Assembly (NCBI GenBank): GCA_038087875.1
Contig: CM075999.1
Coordinates: 3,226,001 to 3,290,000, forward strand
DNA length: 64,000 nucleotides
Origin: Malacoraja senta
Taxonomy: Eukaryota
Direction: 5' to 3'
Below, piece after piece: positions 25,436 to 37,069 of the stretch (positions are counted from its first letter, which is position 1; every line of letters starts with the position of its first letter). Below the pieces are notes generated by a model. That model did no database searches. It was not told where the DNA came from and worked only from the letters and a program-made list of their open reading frames with translations. The translations under genes and the position numbers were made by a program.

Positions 25436-26062
25436 AAAAGTAAATATGTACTGAAGAAAGGCCTCGACCCGAAACGTCACCCATTCCTTCTCTCCAGAGA
25501 TGCTGCCTGTTCCGCTGAGTTACGGCTTTATTTGGATTGGATTGGATTCAATTTATTGTCATTATCTCATAAGAGACAACGAAATGGATTTTACCTAACA
25601 GTCATAAAAAATAAAAAATAAATTTAAAAAAAGTTTTAAAAAGCACAAAACACGACACAACATCCCCACAGCGGCTCCAAAGTTCCCCACTGTGAGGGAA
25701 GGAACCAAAGTCCAGTCAGCCTCCTCGCTTATGGTCAGAGAGGCAACATTAAATAGAGATGTGCGGGCAGTTTTTTTTTACACAGAGGGTGGTGGGTGCC
25801 TGGAACGGGCTGCCAGGGGTGGTGGTGGAGGCAGATACGATAGTGGTGCTTAGGAGGCGTTTGGATAGACGCATGGACATGCAGGAATGGATGGACACGG
25901 ATCACGTGCAGGCACACAAGAGTTGGTCTCAGCATCATGGTCGGCACAGACATTGTGGCCGAAGGGCCTGTGTAGTGTTTGACGGATAGCAACGTGTCAG
26001 TAAGTGGTTTATTCCTGCCAACATGGCTGCGTGACTGATTCCGAGAAAAACATACATATAGG

Positions 26063-26175
26063 CAAAGACACTAGAGGAGGAAGATAGACCACTCCTCCGA
26101 AATCCAATGGACTGACGTGTAGTCCGTTACGGAACGTCACGGCCGCCATTTTTTAATGCTCCTCTAGGATCTTTG
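26063..26175. mobile_element. 113-bp hAT-like MITE
   Basis: TIRs CAAAGACACTAGAGGA / TCCTCTAGGATCTTTG; 8-bp TSD catatagg/catattgg (7/8). Confidence 0.7.
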
Positions 26176-26390
26176 CATATTGGGGCAGAGCCCTCTTGAG
26201 GTGACCGTAAGGACAGTCTTACATAGACACAACAACCTGTTCTTGTGCTGTGTCCTATGTGTATGTTCCCCAGCATTATTGGCTCAGGTTCGAGATGAAG
26301 AGCTCAGTAACGTTTCTGCTACATTCGCCACACGTGGAGTTGGATAAACAAACTGGGGACAGAATCCTTGGCTGCCAGCTTGAAGACCTT

Positions 26391-26668
26391 GTGTTTAAGA
26401 AGGGAACTGCAGATGCTGGAAAATCGAAGGTGGACAAAGTGCTGGAGGAACACAGCGGGTGGAGCAGCATCTATGGAGCAAAGGAAATAGGCAACGTTTC
26501 GGGACGAAACCCTTACGGGTTTCGGCCCGAAACGTTGCCTATTTCCTTCAGGGTTTCGGGCCGAAATGTTGCCTATTTCCTTAAGGGTTTCGGGACGAAA
26601 CGTTGCCTATTTCCTTCGCTCCATAGATGCTGCTGCACCCGCTGAGTTTCTCCAGCACTTTTGTCTAC
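26391..26668. mobile_element. Palindromic Penelope-like element with 16-bp TSD
   Basis: TSD ccagcttgaagacctt at 26375-26390 and 26669-26684; inverted arms. Confidence 0.85.
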
Positions 26669-28219
26669 CCAGCTTGAAGACCTTTCCGTGTTTTCATCCC
26701 GACAGTGACCTTATTCAACGGAATCTGAAGCAAAACAAACCAACCCAGAAGTCGATGCTGAGAGCCTCGGCAAGGTTGCTTTGCAGAAGTTACACAATGC
26801 AAAGTATTTGCAACTCGGAGCACAAAAACACCAGAATAATTGTTTGAAATAGGTCAACATTTCCTATGGAGCTTGGGAAAAGGTTTCATTTAAACCTTTA
26901 TGCAGGAATTAGAATCTGATCTATCACAGATGGGAAATTGTGACAATTGGATTTTAGCTTCCTTAAAAAAAAAAAGACTTTTACTGAGAATCAAGTTAAG
27001 CTGCTGGAAATTATTTTAAAAATTCACTTATGAATTATTTCTCTTGCCAAAAGGAAATGAATGCAATTCTGCTTCACAAAGTTCATAAGTTTATGTTCAC
27101 AGGTGATAGGAGCAGAATTAGGCCATTCGGCCCATCAGGTCTACTCCACCGTTCAAGCTGGCTGATCTATCTCTCCATCTCAACCCCATTCTCCTGCCTT
27201 CTCCCCTAACCCTGACACCTGTTTTGTGGAGATATTGGCCACAGAAATCACAAACCAAAAATCACAAATCAGACTGAAAATAAATCAGAACGGGATCTTG
27301 AGCACCCATCCAAGTGCTGTAGTAACCCAGCGGGTCAGGCAGCAACTGTGGAGGGAATGGACAGACATTTCAGGTCGAGACCCTTCTTTCTATCTCATAG
27401 AAACAAGGAACTTCAGATGCCGGTTTAATAGACAATAGACAATAGGTGCAGGAGTAGGCCATTCGGCCCTTCGAGCCAGCACCACCATTCAATGTGATCA
27501 TGGCTGATCATCCCCAATCAGTACCCCGTTCCTGCCTTCTCCGCATATCCCTGACTCTGCTATTTTTATGAGCCCTATCTAGCTCTCTCTTGAAAGCATC
27601 CAGAGAACCTGCTCCACCACCCTCTGAGGCAGAGAATTCCACAGACTCACACTCTCTGTGAGAAAAAGTGTTTCCTCATCTCCCAAAAGGACACAAAGTG
27701 CTGGAGTAACCTCCCCCCCCCCCCCCAACTTGGGCTCACACATTTCACCCCTCCCCTACATTCCTTCCTCTGGCTTCACAATTTGCAACTCCTCGATCTG
27801 CGAGGGAGGGGGAAGAACAATGGGCAACGGAGTAGGAAGGAACTGCAGATGCTCAGCGGACAGGCAGCATCTCTGGAGAGTACCTGGTGTGGGGGGGCTG
27901 CAGTGAGAAGGGGGAGGGGGAGGGGGGGAGAATAGAGGAGGGCATGGCGCAGGGGTACTTTGTAACTGTGTCAATGCCCTTTATGTGGTGATTATTTGTA
28001 TACCTTGTATACGCAAGCAAAGAGTTTCACAAAGAATTTCAGCCTGAAGGGTCTTGACCCGAAACGTCACCTAATCCTTCGCTCCATAGATGCTGCCTCA
28101 CTCGCTGTGTTTCTCCAGCATTTGTGAGCAGTTTTGGGCCCCATATCTGAGGAAGGTGTGCTGGCTCTGGAGATGGTCCAATGGAGGTTTACGAGAATGA
28201 TTTGAAGGGATCATCGAAG

Positions 28220-28565
28220 TTGCTGCCTCCAAAAGACAGCCAACATCATCAGAGACCCACACCATCCTGGCCACACATTCATTTCACCATTGCCATCAGG
28301 AAGAAGTACAGGAGCCTGAAAACTGTAACGTCCAGGTTCAGGAACAGCTTCTTCCCTACAGCCATCAGGCTGTTAAACACGACAACAAATAAGCTCTGAA
28401 CTGCAATAGACTATTATTACTGCATTATATTTGTTATTTATTCAACTATTTTTCTCTTCCCCCGTTATATACAATGTTTACATATTCACATATTCTGTTG
28501 TGCTGCAGTAAGTAAGAATTTCATTGTCCCATCCGGAGCATATGACAATAAAACACTCTTGACTA
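28220..28565 (+). mobile_element. Rex1/Babar-like LINE 3' end
   Basis: YRSLKTVTSRFRNSFFPTAIRLLN C-terminal motif, followed by a 3'UTR with aataaa and cttga-type tail. Confidence 0.75.
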
Positions 28566-28779
28566 GACTTGATGGGCTGAATGGCCTCATTCTGCTCAGA
28601 TGTCTTATGGTCTTGTTCTACTACTTGGTGCAACCTCTAATTTGTTATCATACTGTGGAGTGTGACTGGAGGCCCAGTGAGTGACCTGGTTGCATTGCTA
28701 ACAGTGCTGCAATTAATTCTCAGCCACCTTTCGCCCCTTAACTCGCTTAACCTTCACAGCCGCTTGAGTTGCAATTGGT

Positions 28780-29070
28780 GCAGCCGGCGCGGGACGGCCC
28801 CTTTAAGACGCGGGTGGGGGGGGGGGGGATGTGTGGGCGGCGCGGTGCCTGCCGGGAGTTGTAGTTCCAGTTGCGGGGCTACGCGGCCGTCACCGCGCAT
28901 GCGGGTTAGAGCTAAACTACAACTCCCAGAACCCCCCTCCCGCGCCCGCGGCGAGCGGACATGCGCAGCGGCGAAACTGTATCAAAAAAGTTGCATCAGC
29001 TGGGGCGGTGAGTTGCGTTTGTTGCAACTTCATGTCCAGTGGTCGAGGATTCCCCAGCAGCGCCGGTAAC
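28780..29070 (+). promoter_or_regulatory. CpG-rich promoter and probable non-coding first exon of the sestrin gene
   Basis: High CpG density; two ZNF143/SBS-type motifs (GGGAGTTGTAGT ~28854-28865; ACTACAACTCCCAG ~28916-28929); NRF1-like GCGCATGCG ~28895; C/EBP-ATF element GTTGCATCA 28990-28998; candidate donors G|GTGAGT (29008) and G|GTAACC (29066). Confidence 0.7.
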
Positions 29071-29082
29071 CCTACATCTTGC

Positions 29083-29320
29083 CCTCTCCCCCCCTCTCTC
29101 TCTCTCCCCCCCTCTCTCTCCCCCCCCCTCTCTCTCTCCCCCCCTCGCTCCCCCCCCTCCATCTCTCCCCCTCACCCCTTTTCTCTCTCTCTCACCCCCA
29201 CTCTCTCTCCCTCTCTCTCTCCCCCCCTCTCTTCCCCCTCCTCCATCTCTCCCCTCACCCCTTTTCTCTCTCTCATCCCTCTCTCCTCCTCCCCCTTCTC
29301 TCTCCCCCTTCTCCCCCCTT
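29083..29320. repeat. Polypyrimidine (C/T) low-complexity tract
   Basis: Directly visible. Confidence 0.95.
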
Positions 29321-30388
29321 TAGTCTGTGGAATTCTCTGCCTCAGAGGGTGGTGGAGGCGGGTTCCTGGATGCTTTCAGAGAGATCATGATAGGGCTCTT
29401 AAAGATTGCGGGGTCAGGGGATATGGGGGAAAAGGCAGGAACGGGGTACTGATTGGGGATGATCAGCCATGATCACATTGAATGGCGGTGCTGGCTCGAA
29501 GGGCCAAATGGCCTACTCGGAGACTGCAAGGTGACTTGGATAGGCTGGGTGAGTGGGCAAATGTTTGGCAGATGCAGTATAATGTGGATAAATGTGAGGT
29601 TATCCATTTTGGTGGCAAAAACAGGAAAGCAGACTATTATCTAAATGGTGGCCGACTAGGAAAAGGGGAGATGCAGCGAGACCTGGGTGTCATGGTACAC
29701 CAGTCATTGAAAGTAGGCATGCAGGTGCAGCAGGCAGTGAAGAAAGCGAATGGTATGTTAGCTTTCATAGCAAAAGGATTTGAGTATAGGAGCAGGAGGT
29801 TCTACTGCAGTTGTACAGGGTCTTGGTGAGACCACACCTGGAGTATTGCGTACAGTTTTGGTCTCCAAATCCGAGGAAGGACATTATTGCCATAGAGGGA
29901 GTGCAGAGAAGGTTCACCAGACTGATTCTGGATGTCAGGACTGTCTTATGAAGAAAGACTGGATAGACTTGGTTTATACTCTCTAGAATTTAGGAGATTG
30001 AGAGGGGATCTTATAGAAACTTACAAAATCTTAAGGGGTTGGACAGGCTAGATGCAGGAAGATTGCTCCCGATGTTGGGGAAGTCCAGGACAAGGGGTCA
30101 CAGCTTAAGGATAAGGGGGAAATCCTTAAAACCGAGATGAGAAGAACTTTTTTCACACAGAGAGTGGTGAATCTCTGGAACTCTCTGCCACAGAGGGTAG
30201 TCGAGGCCAGTTCATTGGCTATATTAAGAGGGAGTTAGATGTGGCCCTTGTGGCTAAAGGGATCAGGGGGTATGGAGAGAAGGCAGGTACGGGATACTGA
30301 GTTGGATGATCAGCCATGATCATATTGAATGGCGGTGCAGGCTCGAAGGGCCGAATGGCCTACTCCTGCACCTATTGTCTATTGTCTT
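29320..30388 (+). mobile_element. Two adjacent/nested CR1-like LINE 3' fragments
   Basis: LQGDLDRLGEWANVWQMQYNVDKCEVIHFG...QQAVKKANGMLAFI; two tails. Confidence 0.9.
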
Positions 30389-31424
30389 CTCTCTCTCCCT
30401 CTCTGGGGTAGAGAGGGAGCTAAAGCTGCAGTGTAATGCGTTGTTTCTGGCATTAATGCAGCATCTCAGACCTATCGAAGGCTCTAATGCAACTCTTTAG
30501 ATGTGTGGATGGGTTGTGTGCTAGATTTCTGTCGCATCGTAAGGGTTCTGACACATTAATGCAACATCACAGTCGTGGTGTAAGGCGTGAATGCAACATT
30601 TTAGCATCATGTACGGTGCAATGGAAATCTTACTTGCAGCAGTCATAGGAGCCTGGAAACTAAAGCCCGGGATCACGAGCAGTTTCCTCCCTTGAACACT
30701 ACAGACTCAGCAGAGCCATACAGTGAGGAAACAGGCCCTTCGGCCCAACTTGCCCATGCTCACCAAGATGCCATGGAGTGTGTAGGAAGGAACTGCAGAT
30801 AGATAGATGCTGGTGTCTATCTTCTGACCAACATGTCCCATCTTTCACTGGTCATTAAGGAATAGGAGTAGAATTTAGCCATTCAGACCATCAAGTCTAC
30901 TCTGCCATTCAATCATGGCTGATCTATCTCTCCCTCCTAACCCCAATTCTCCTGCCTTCTCCCATAACCCTGACACTGTAGTCCCACCTGCCTGCGTTTG
31001 GCCCATATCCCTCCAAACCTCTCCTGTCCGCATAGCATGACCAAACTAAGCTCCAAACTCGGCCCTGCTTTAGGTTGCACTATTGCCTTTGGGCTTGGTT
31101 GTGGTTATTAGTTTTTTTTATTTTTTATGAGCTTCTAATCTATAGTATAGTGTTTACCGGCCATGGTGCCTCTGCAAGTAAGAATGCCATTGCTCATTTG
31201 TGTCATTTGTGGCAGTGAAACAATGCCACAAATGAACGGGGTACTGATTGTGGATGATCAGTCATGATCACATTGAATGGCGGTGCTGACACGAAGGGCC
31301 GAATGGCCTACTCCTGCACCTATTGTCTGTTGTTTATTGAAACATCCTTGTGACTTTGGGCAACATTAAGGTTTCTTGTTTCTGCCGCAGTTTCCGATGA
31401 GGTCTGGCTGCTGATTGAGCTGCG

Positions 31425-31710
31425 ATGGAGCAGGAGGAGGAGGGCCAGGGTTGCGGTGGAGCTGCACTGGTGCCCCAGGTCCCGGCCGCATGTGAGCTGA
31501 GGAAATGCGCCGAGCTGCTGCAGAGCCGTCAACGGGAGAGCAGGGCGGCGGCCATGGACAGCGCTGCACGGGCGGTGCGCGGCTGCCTGGAGCAGGAGGA
31601 AGCGCAAGGTTGAGTTGCAGCCACTCTTGCTGCTGCTCCTGCGCCTCTCCCGCAGCTGCCCCTTTGCAGACATCCGGGACAGGAGCGCAGGCATCCTGCG
31701 GGCCGTGCAG
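31425..31710 (+). CDS. sesn2: Sestrin long-isoform first coding exon (exon 31391-31710) with a +1 frameshift near 31600-31612
   Basis: Acceptor ttgtttctgccgcag| and donor CAG|gtgagt (phase 0). Frame A gives ELLQSRQRESRAAAMDSAARAVR and frame B gives LQPLLLLLLRLSRSCPFADIRDRSAGILRAVQ, matching the recalled human SESN1 long N-terminus (LCSRDSTTRETALENIRQTI...LLAHLLMLSKRCPFKDVREKSEFILKSIQ). The sestrin family call is strong; the paralogue is tentative. Confidence 0.75.
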
Positions 31711-32979
31711 GTGAGTGCATGCGCGGGTGCAGACACGCGGGCACCAAGCACAGATGTTCATATAGGAGCAGAATTAGGCCATTCGGCCCATCTAGTCTAC
31801 TCCGCCATTCAATCATGGCTGATCTATTTCTCCCCCCTAACCCCGTTCTCCTGCCTTCTCCGCATAACCCCTGACTCCTGTACTAATCAAGTCTAATGGG
31901 TAGTCAAGTCTCCGAGTGAACGGATAATCGGGTCTTGTGGATTCCGTGGGCCAAAAGGGACTGTTTTGTGTCTAAACTAAAGATAAATTCATGGAATCTA
32001 TCTGGGTGACCGTGATCTTTCTTGGTATTTTGTTGAGGATCTAACAGAGGAAAAGGCCACTTTTGACCTTGCTTTTTCTATGAGGAACATTTTAAATGAT
32101 AATTGGTCTGTCGGGGAACCTCCCTGCCTAAGGTCATCTTTTGCCGGCCCTGCTTTGTCCTGGTCTTGTTCAGTGCCCCCCGCACCCTTGTCACACACAA
32201 TCAGTCTGAAGAAGGGTCCCAAAGAAGGGTCTCCATTGATGCTGCCTGACCCATTGAGATACTCCATCACTTTGTGCCTATCTATGTTAAATGATAATAA
32301 TTGCATATGTCATAGATGGAGAATTAGGCCATGCGGCCCATCAAGTCTACCCTGTCATTCAGTCATGGCTGATCCATCTCTCCCAACTCACCCATGCTCC
32401 TACCTTCTGCCCGTAACCTCTGACACCCGTACTAATGAAGAATCTGACAATCTCCGCCATAACAATAACCAAACTAGCCTCCACAGCTATGTAGTTGCCA
32501 GAGGGCCTATAGCAAGAGTGGCCATAACATAATTAAACATTTATATTGGGTTTGATAGTTTTACAGTGTAATATGAAGCCAAGATCTTCAATCTGAATAA
32601 GAGTGACTGTGAGGGCCTGAGAGGACTCGGGCCCTCACAGCCTATTTCCTTCGCTCCATAGATGCTGCCTCACCCGCTGAGTTTCTCCAGCACTTTTGTC
32701 TGCTGAGAGGAGAGTTTTTTTGTGGTTACGTGGAAAACTACAGGGGTATGATGGGGGGGGAAGGTAATGAAGAAACAATGCACAAGAAATTGCAAAATAA
32801 ATATATTCCTTTTAAGGCCCAGATACCCAGATGGAAACGTGATTCATCTGTGGCTGATGAAATGTCAAGATAGTATTACAGTCAAGGAAGAGGCTTCTGA
32901 AATTGCCAGAAACAGCTGTTTGTCTGAGGATTGAGATCATTGTGGAATTCAGCAAAGTAAATTGATAAAGACTGGCGAG

Positions 32980-33495
32980 GAGTAACTCAGCGGGTCAGCA
33001 TCTGTGGAGAACATGGATAGGTGACGTTTCACAGAGTGCTGGAGTAACTCAGCGGGTTAGGCAGCATCTGTGGAGCGAAGGAAATGGGCAACCTTTCGGG
33101 CCGAAACACTGAAGGAAATAGGCAACGTTTCGGGCCGAAACCCGGAAGGGTTTCGGGCCGAAACGTTGCCTATTCCCTTCACTCCATAGATGCTGCCGCA
33201 CCCGCTGAGTTTTTCCAGCATTTTGGTCTACCTTATCATTTATAGTGTGGTTCCGTATAGCTTACAAAGCACAGAAGTACACTGTGCCGGAGTAACTCAG
33301 CGGGTCAGGCAGCATCTGTGGAGAACATGGATAGGTGACGTTTCACAGAGTGCTGGAGTAACTCAGCGGGTCAGGCAGCATCTGTGGAGAACATGGATAG
33401 GTGACGTTTCACAGAGTGCTGGAGTAACTCAGCGGGTCAGGCAGCATCTGTGGAGAGAAGGGATGGGTGACGTTTCAGGTCGAGACCCTTCTGCA
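32980..33495 (-). repeat. Composite of Penelope-like termini with 66-bp tandem units (inverted copy of ~11450-12031)
   Basis: Shares the internal segment ttatcatttatagtgtggttccgtatagcttacaaagcacagaagt with ~11605-11652 in reverse complement. Confidence 0.8.
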
Positions 33496-34099
33496 GAAGA
33501 AGAACACCGATGTGCCGCATAAAGTTTGAGGTTGAAGGCGGTTAATTCTTAAGGACCTGATGATCAATGTATCAGACCCTTGAGAGGAGGTTTACGAGAA
33601 TGATCCCAGGAATGATTGGCCAAGTCGATGGATATTTTTAAGGTAGAGATAGATAGATTCTTGATCAGTACGGGTGTCAGGGGTTATGGGGAGAAGGCCG
33701 GAGAATAGGGTTCGGAGGGAAAGATCGATCAGCCATGATTGAATGGCGGAGTAGACTTGATGGGCCGAATGGCCCAATTCTGCTCCTAGAATGTATGAAC
33801 ATGAAAATAAGCAGCAAATTTCCAGCTTGGGAAGGGTCTCGACCTGAAACTTCGCCTATTCCTTCGCTCCATAGATGTTGCCTCACCCGCTGAGTTTCTC
33901 CAGCATTTTTGTCTACCTTCGATTTGCTGAAGCAAAGCAAGAATATCATTGTCCTATCTGGGACACATGACAATAAACTCACTTCAATCTTGAATCTTGA
34001 TCTTGAATTTTTCCAGCATCTGCAATTCTTTCTTAAACACTAAGTTACTCAAGTACTTTATTGCTCAAGTCCTTTCTTTGTTAAACCAGCATCTGCAGT

Positions 34100-34392
34100 G
34101 TAGTTTAGAGATACAGCACGGAAACAGGCCCTTCAGCCCACTGAGTCCGCGCCGACCAGCGATCCCCGCACACTGACACTATCCTACCACGCACTAGGGA
34201 CAATTTGTACATTTATACTAAGCCCATTAACCTACAAACCTGTACGTCTTTGGAGTGCGGGAGGATACTGGAGCACCTGGAGAAAACCCACGCAGGTCAC
34301 AGGGAGAACGTACAAACTCCGTACAGACAGCACCCGTAGTCAGGATGGAGCCCAGGTCTCTGGCGCTGTGAGGCAGCAGCTCTACCCGGTGT
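34100..34392 (-). mobile_element. HE1-like SINE
   Basis: Body and tail match the other copies. Confidence 0.85.
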
Positions 34393-34839
34393 GCGGTAGT
34401 TAATTCCCTCCGTAGTTGTACAAGGTTGTGTGGCTGACATGGTCACAGTTTCACACTGTGTGACTCAATGCTTTATATTTCATTGTGGTGCTGCCGTTTG
34501 CTCAGTTAGGTCCAACTATCACAGAGAGGGAAGGGGGGACATCCGGGGGGGATTTCAAGTGCACTCTCGTCATTTTGTCCAGGTTAAAGTAGGTGCCGGA
34601 AGATGGGTGGTGGACCTGTACTATTGAGGCATTCCTACCGCCCAGTTGCATGCAGGGTCCAGCAGACAATAGAGATTAATAATCTACTCATGTTGTTGTG
34701 AATTCTGTCTGAGTTACCAGCAGTGCTTGCATCGTTACACAGTGTCAATGGACAATAGGTGCAGGAGTAGGCCATTCGGCCCTTCGAGCCAGCACCAGCC
34801 ATTCAATGTGATCACGGCTGATCATCCCCAATCAGTAAT

Positions 34840-35662
34840 AATAATAATAATAGATTTTATTTATATAGAGCTTTTCAGGACTCAAAGTCGCTTTACATTG
34901 AGAGTCAGGAATAAACAAAACAAAATAGAGCAGTAAGACAGAGATGCAAAGGGGAGGGGGACATGGGACTAAGGGTATGCAGAGGTGAAGAGATGGGTCT
35001 TGAGGCGGGACTGGAAGATGGTGAGGGACTCAGAATTTCGGAGTTGTGGGAGGGAATTCCAGAGCCTGGGAGCTGCCCTGGAGAAGGCTCTGTCTCCAAA
35101 AGTGCAGAGGTTTGATTTCGGAGTGGAGAGGAGACCAGCTGATGTGGATCTGAGGGACCGTGAGGGTTGGTAGGGGGAGAGGAGGTCAGTGAGATAAGGG
35201 GGGGCCAAGTTGTTGAGGGCTTTGTAGGTGAGGACCAGGATTTTGTAGATGATCCGGTGGGAAATGGGAAGCCAGTGAAGTTCTTTGAGAACTGGGGTGA
35301 TGTGGTGCCAGGATTTGGTGTGGGTAATGAGTCGAGCGGCTGCATTCTGGACCAGTTGGAGTTGGTTGATGTTGCTGGAATTGATTCCAAAGAGAAGAGA
35401 GTTACAGTAGTCCAGTCGGGAGGAGATGAAGGCATGGATGAGTCTTTCAGCAGCGGGGGGTTGTGAGAGAGGATCTGATTTTGGCAATGTTGCGGAGGTG
35501 AAAAATGATGTTTTGACAACATGGCGGATGTGAGGCTCAAGGGAGAGGGTTGAGTCAAAGATCACGCCAAGGTTGCGTGCCTCAGGAGATGGGGAGACAG
35601 TGGTGCCGTCAATAGTGAGAGTGGGGTTGTTAACTTTAGTGAGTGTTGATTTGGAGCCAATG
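34840..35662 (-). mobile_element. L2-clade LINE 3' fragment
   Basis: ARNLGVIFDSTLS, LIHAFISSRLDYCNSLL, LQLVQNAAARL, LKELHWLPI, GDRAFS.AAPRLWNSLP, LKTHLF; (ATT)n tail. Confidence 0.92.
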
Positions 35663-35964
35663 TACCCCGTTCCTGCCTTCTCCCCATAATCCCCTGACTC
35701 CGCTATCTTTAAGACATCCTGTGGATCTGGGCAGAATCTTGGATGCACCTTGTCAGATGACCCCAATGTGACAGAGTCTGGAGTTAGTAAATCTAGCTAA
35801 TCTGGAGTTAGTAAAAAATATATATTTAATGCAATAAGAATATTCTTTGGTTGTTCAAATTAAATATTAGCCCAGGTAATGTGTGTTAAGTCCAAGCATT
35901 GCTGGTGTCGACCCAAACAGTGACTAATTCAGTTGACTAATACATTTCAACCAAAATAAATTGC

Positions 35965-36225
35965 TGGGGTGCCGCAGCGGTAGAGTTGCTGCCTCACAGC
36001 ACCAGAGACCTGGGCTCCATCCTGACTACGGGTGCTGTCTGTACGGAGTTTGGACCTTCTCCCCGTGACCTGTGTGGGTTTTCTCCGGGTGCTCTGGTTT
36101 CCTCCACACTCCAAAGACGTACAGGTTTGGTAAAATTGTAAAATGTTCCTAGTGCGTGTAGGATGGTGCTAGTATAGGGGGTGGTCGCTGGTCGGCGCGG
36201 ACTCCGTGGGCTGAAGGGCTAGAAT
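35965..36225 (+). mobile_element. HE1-like SINE
   Basis: Head and body match the other copies. Confidence 0.8.
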
Positions 36226-36853
36226 CGAGTCTAAACTTGGAGCTGGAGTTTCCCTACTGCAGTTCAATATTCTCTACTAATGTGCTAATCTTTTGGCTAC
36301 AGCTCTAGATTAGTTAGCCAAGTCACAGTCATCTGAAAGACTGCTTTGTTTGTGGAATCTCTGCTGTCATAATCAAACTTTGATAAACGAGGAACTGACC
36401 CATAATATTTCCAAGGCAAAGTCTTTCACTGTAATGGGAGCGTTATCCTTTCTTTAACATGGAGGGTGAATGTGGTTTTGCATCTCTGCTTAGATTCTTG
36501 GAAAATTGGTTTGCGGGATTGATGAGGTTAGGGGAGGGGATGGACAAAAAAATGCCGGAGTAACTCAGCGGGTCAGGGAGCATCTCTGGAGAAAAGGAAT
36601 AGGTGACGTTTCTGGTCGAGACCCTTCTTCAGGCCATTCTTTCGGGTCTCGACAGAGTCTGGGAGTGGGAAACTAAAGGTATGAAGAGGTACAAAGAACA
36701 AATGAATGAAAGGGATTCAAAAGGACAAACCAAAGCCAGCAGCGATGATCTAGGAAATGTGTTGTTTACATGGATATTAGTAAGGCATTAGATAACGTCC
36801 CTCATGGTAGGCACTTCTAGAAGATTAAGATACATGGGATCTGCAGTGACTAA

Positions 36854-37069
36854 AGGGCCGGTCCCACTTTCACGACCTAATCATGACCTCTGCCGAGTTA
36901 GCCCTTGACTCAAATTCGCAGCATGGTCGTCATGAGGTCGTAGGTATGTCGTAGCAGGCCGTGATGCTAGTCGTAGGTACTCGTGGCATTAAGTAGGTCG
37001 GGGCGTTTTTTCTAGCCTGATGAAAAATGTCCACGAGTAAAAAAGGTGGTGGAAAGTGGGACAGGCCCT
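36854..37069. mobile_element. Harbinger-like MITE
   Basis: TIRs AGGGCCGGTCCCACTTTC / GAAAGTGGGACAGGCCCT, the same terminus type as 12241-12726. Confidence 0.65.

Noticed and set aside
1..28750. Protein-coding gene divergent from the 28.8-kb promoter
   Set aside because: I found no minus-strand exon with recognisable protein similarity; small exons could have been missed.
28662..29472. Long ORFs (135 and 213 aa) over the promoter
   Set aside because: Products of GC-rich and low-complexity sequence running into a CR1; no recognisable protein.
31611..31613. Selenocysteine or readthrough at the TGA in the long sestrin exon
   Set aside because: Homology continues in a different frame, so readthrough would not restore the protein.
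34905..35766. 265-aa and 217-aa ORFs as host genes
   Set aside because: L2 ORF2 remnant fused to unrelated flank, and its alternative frame.
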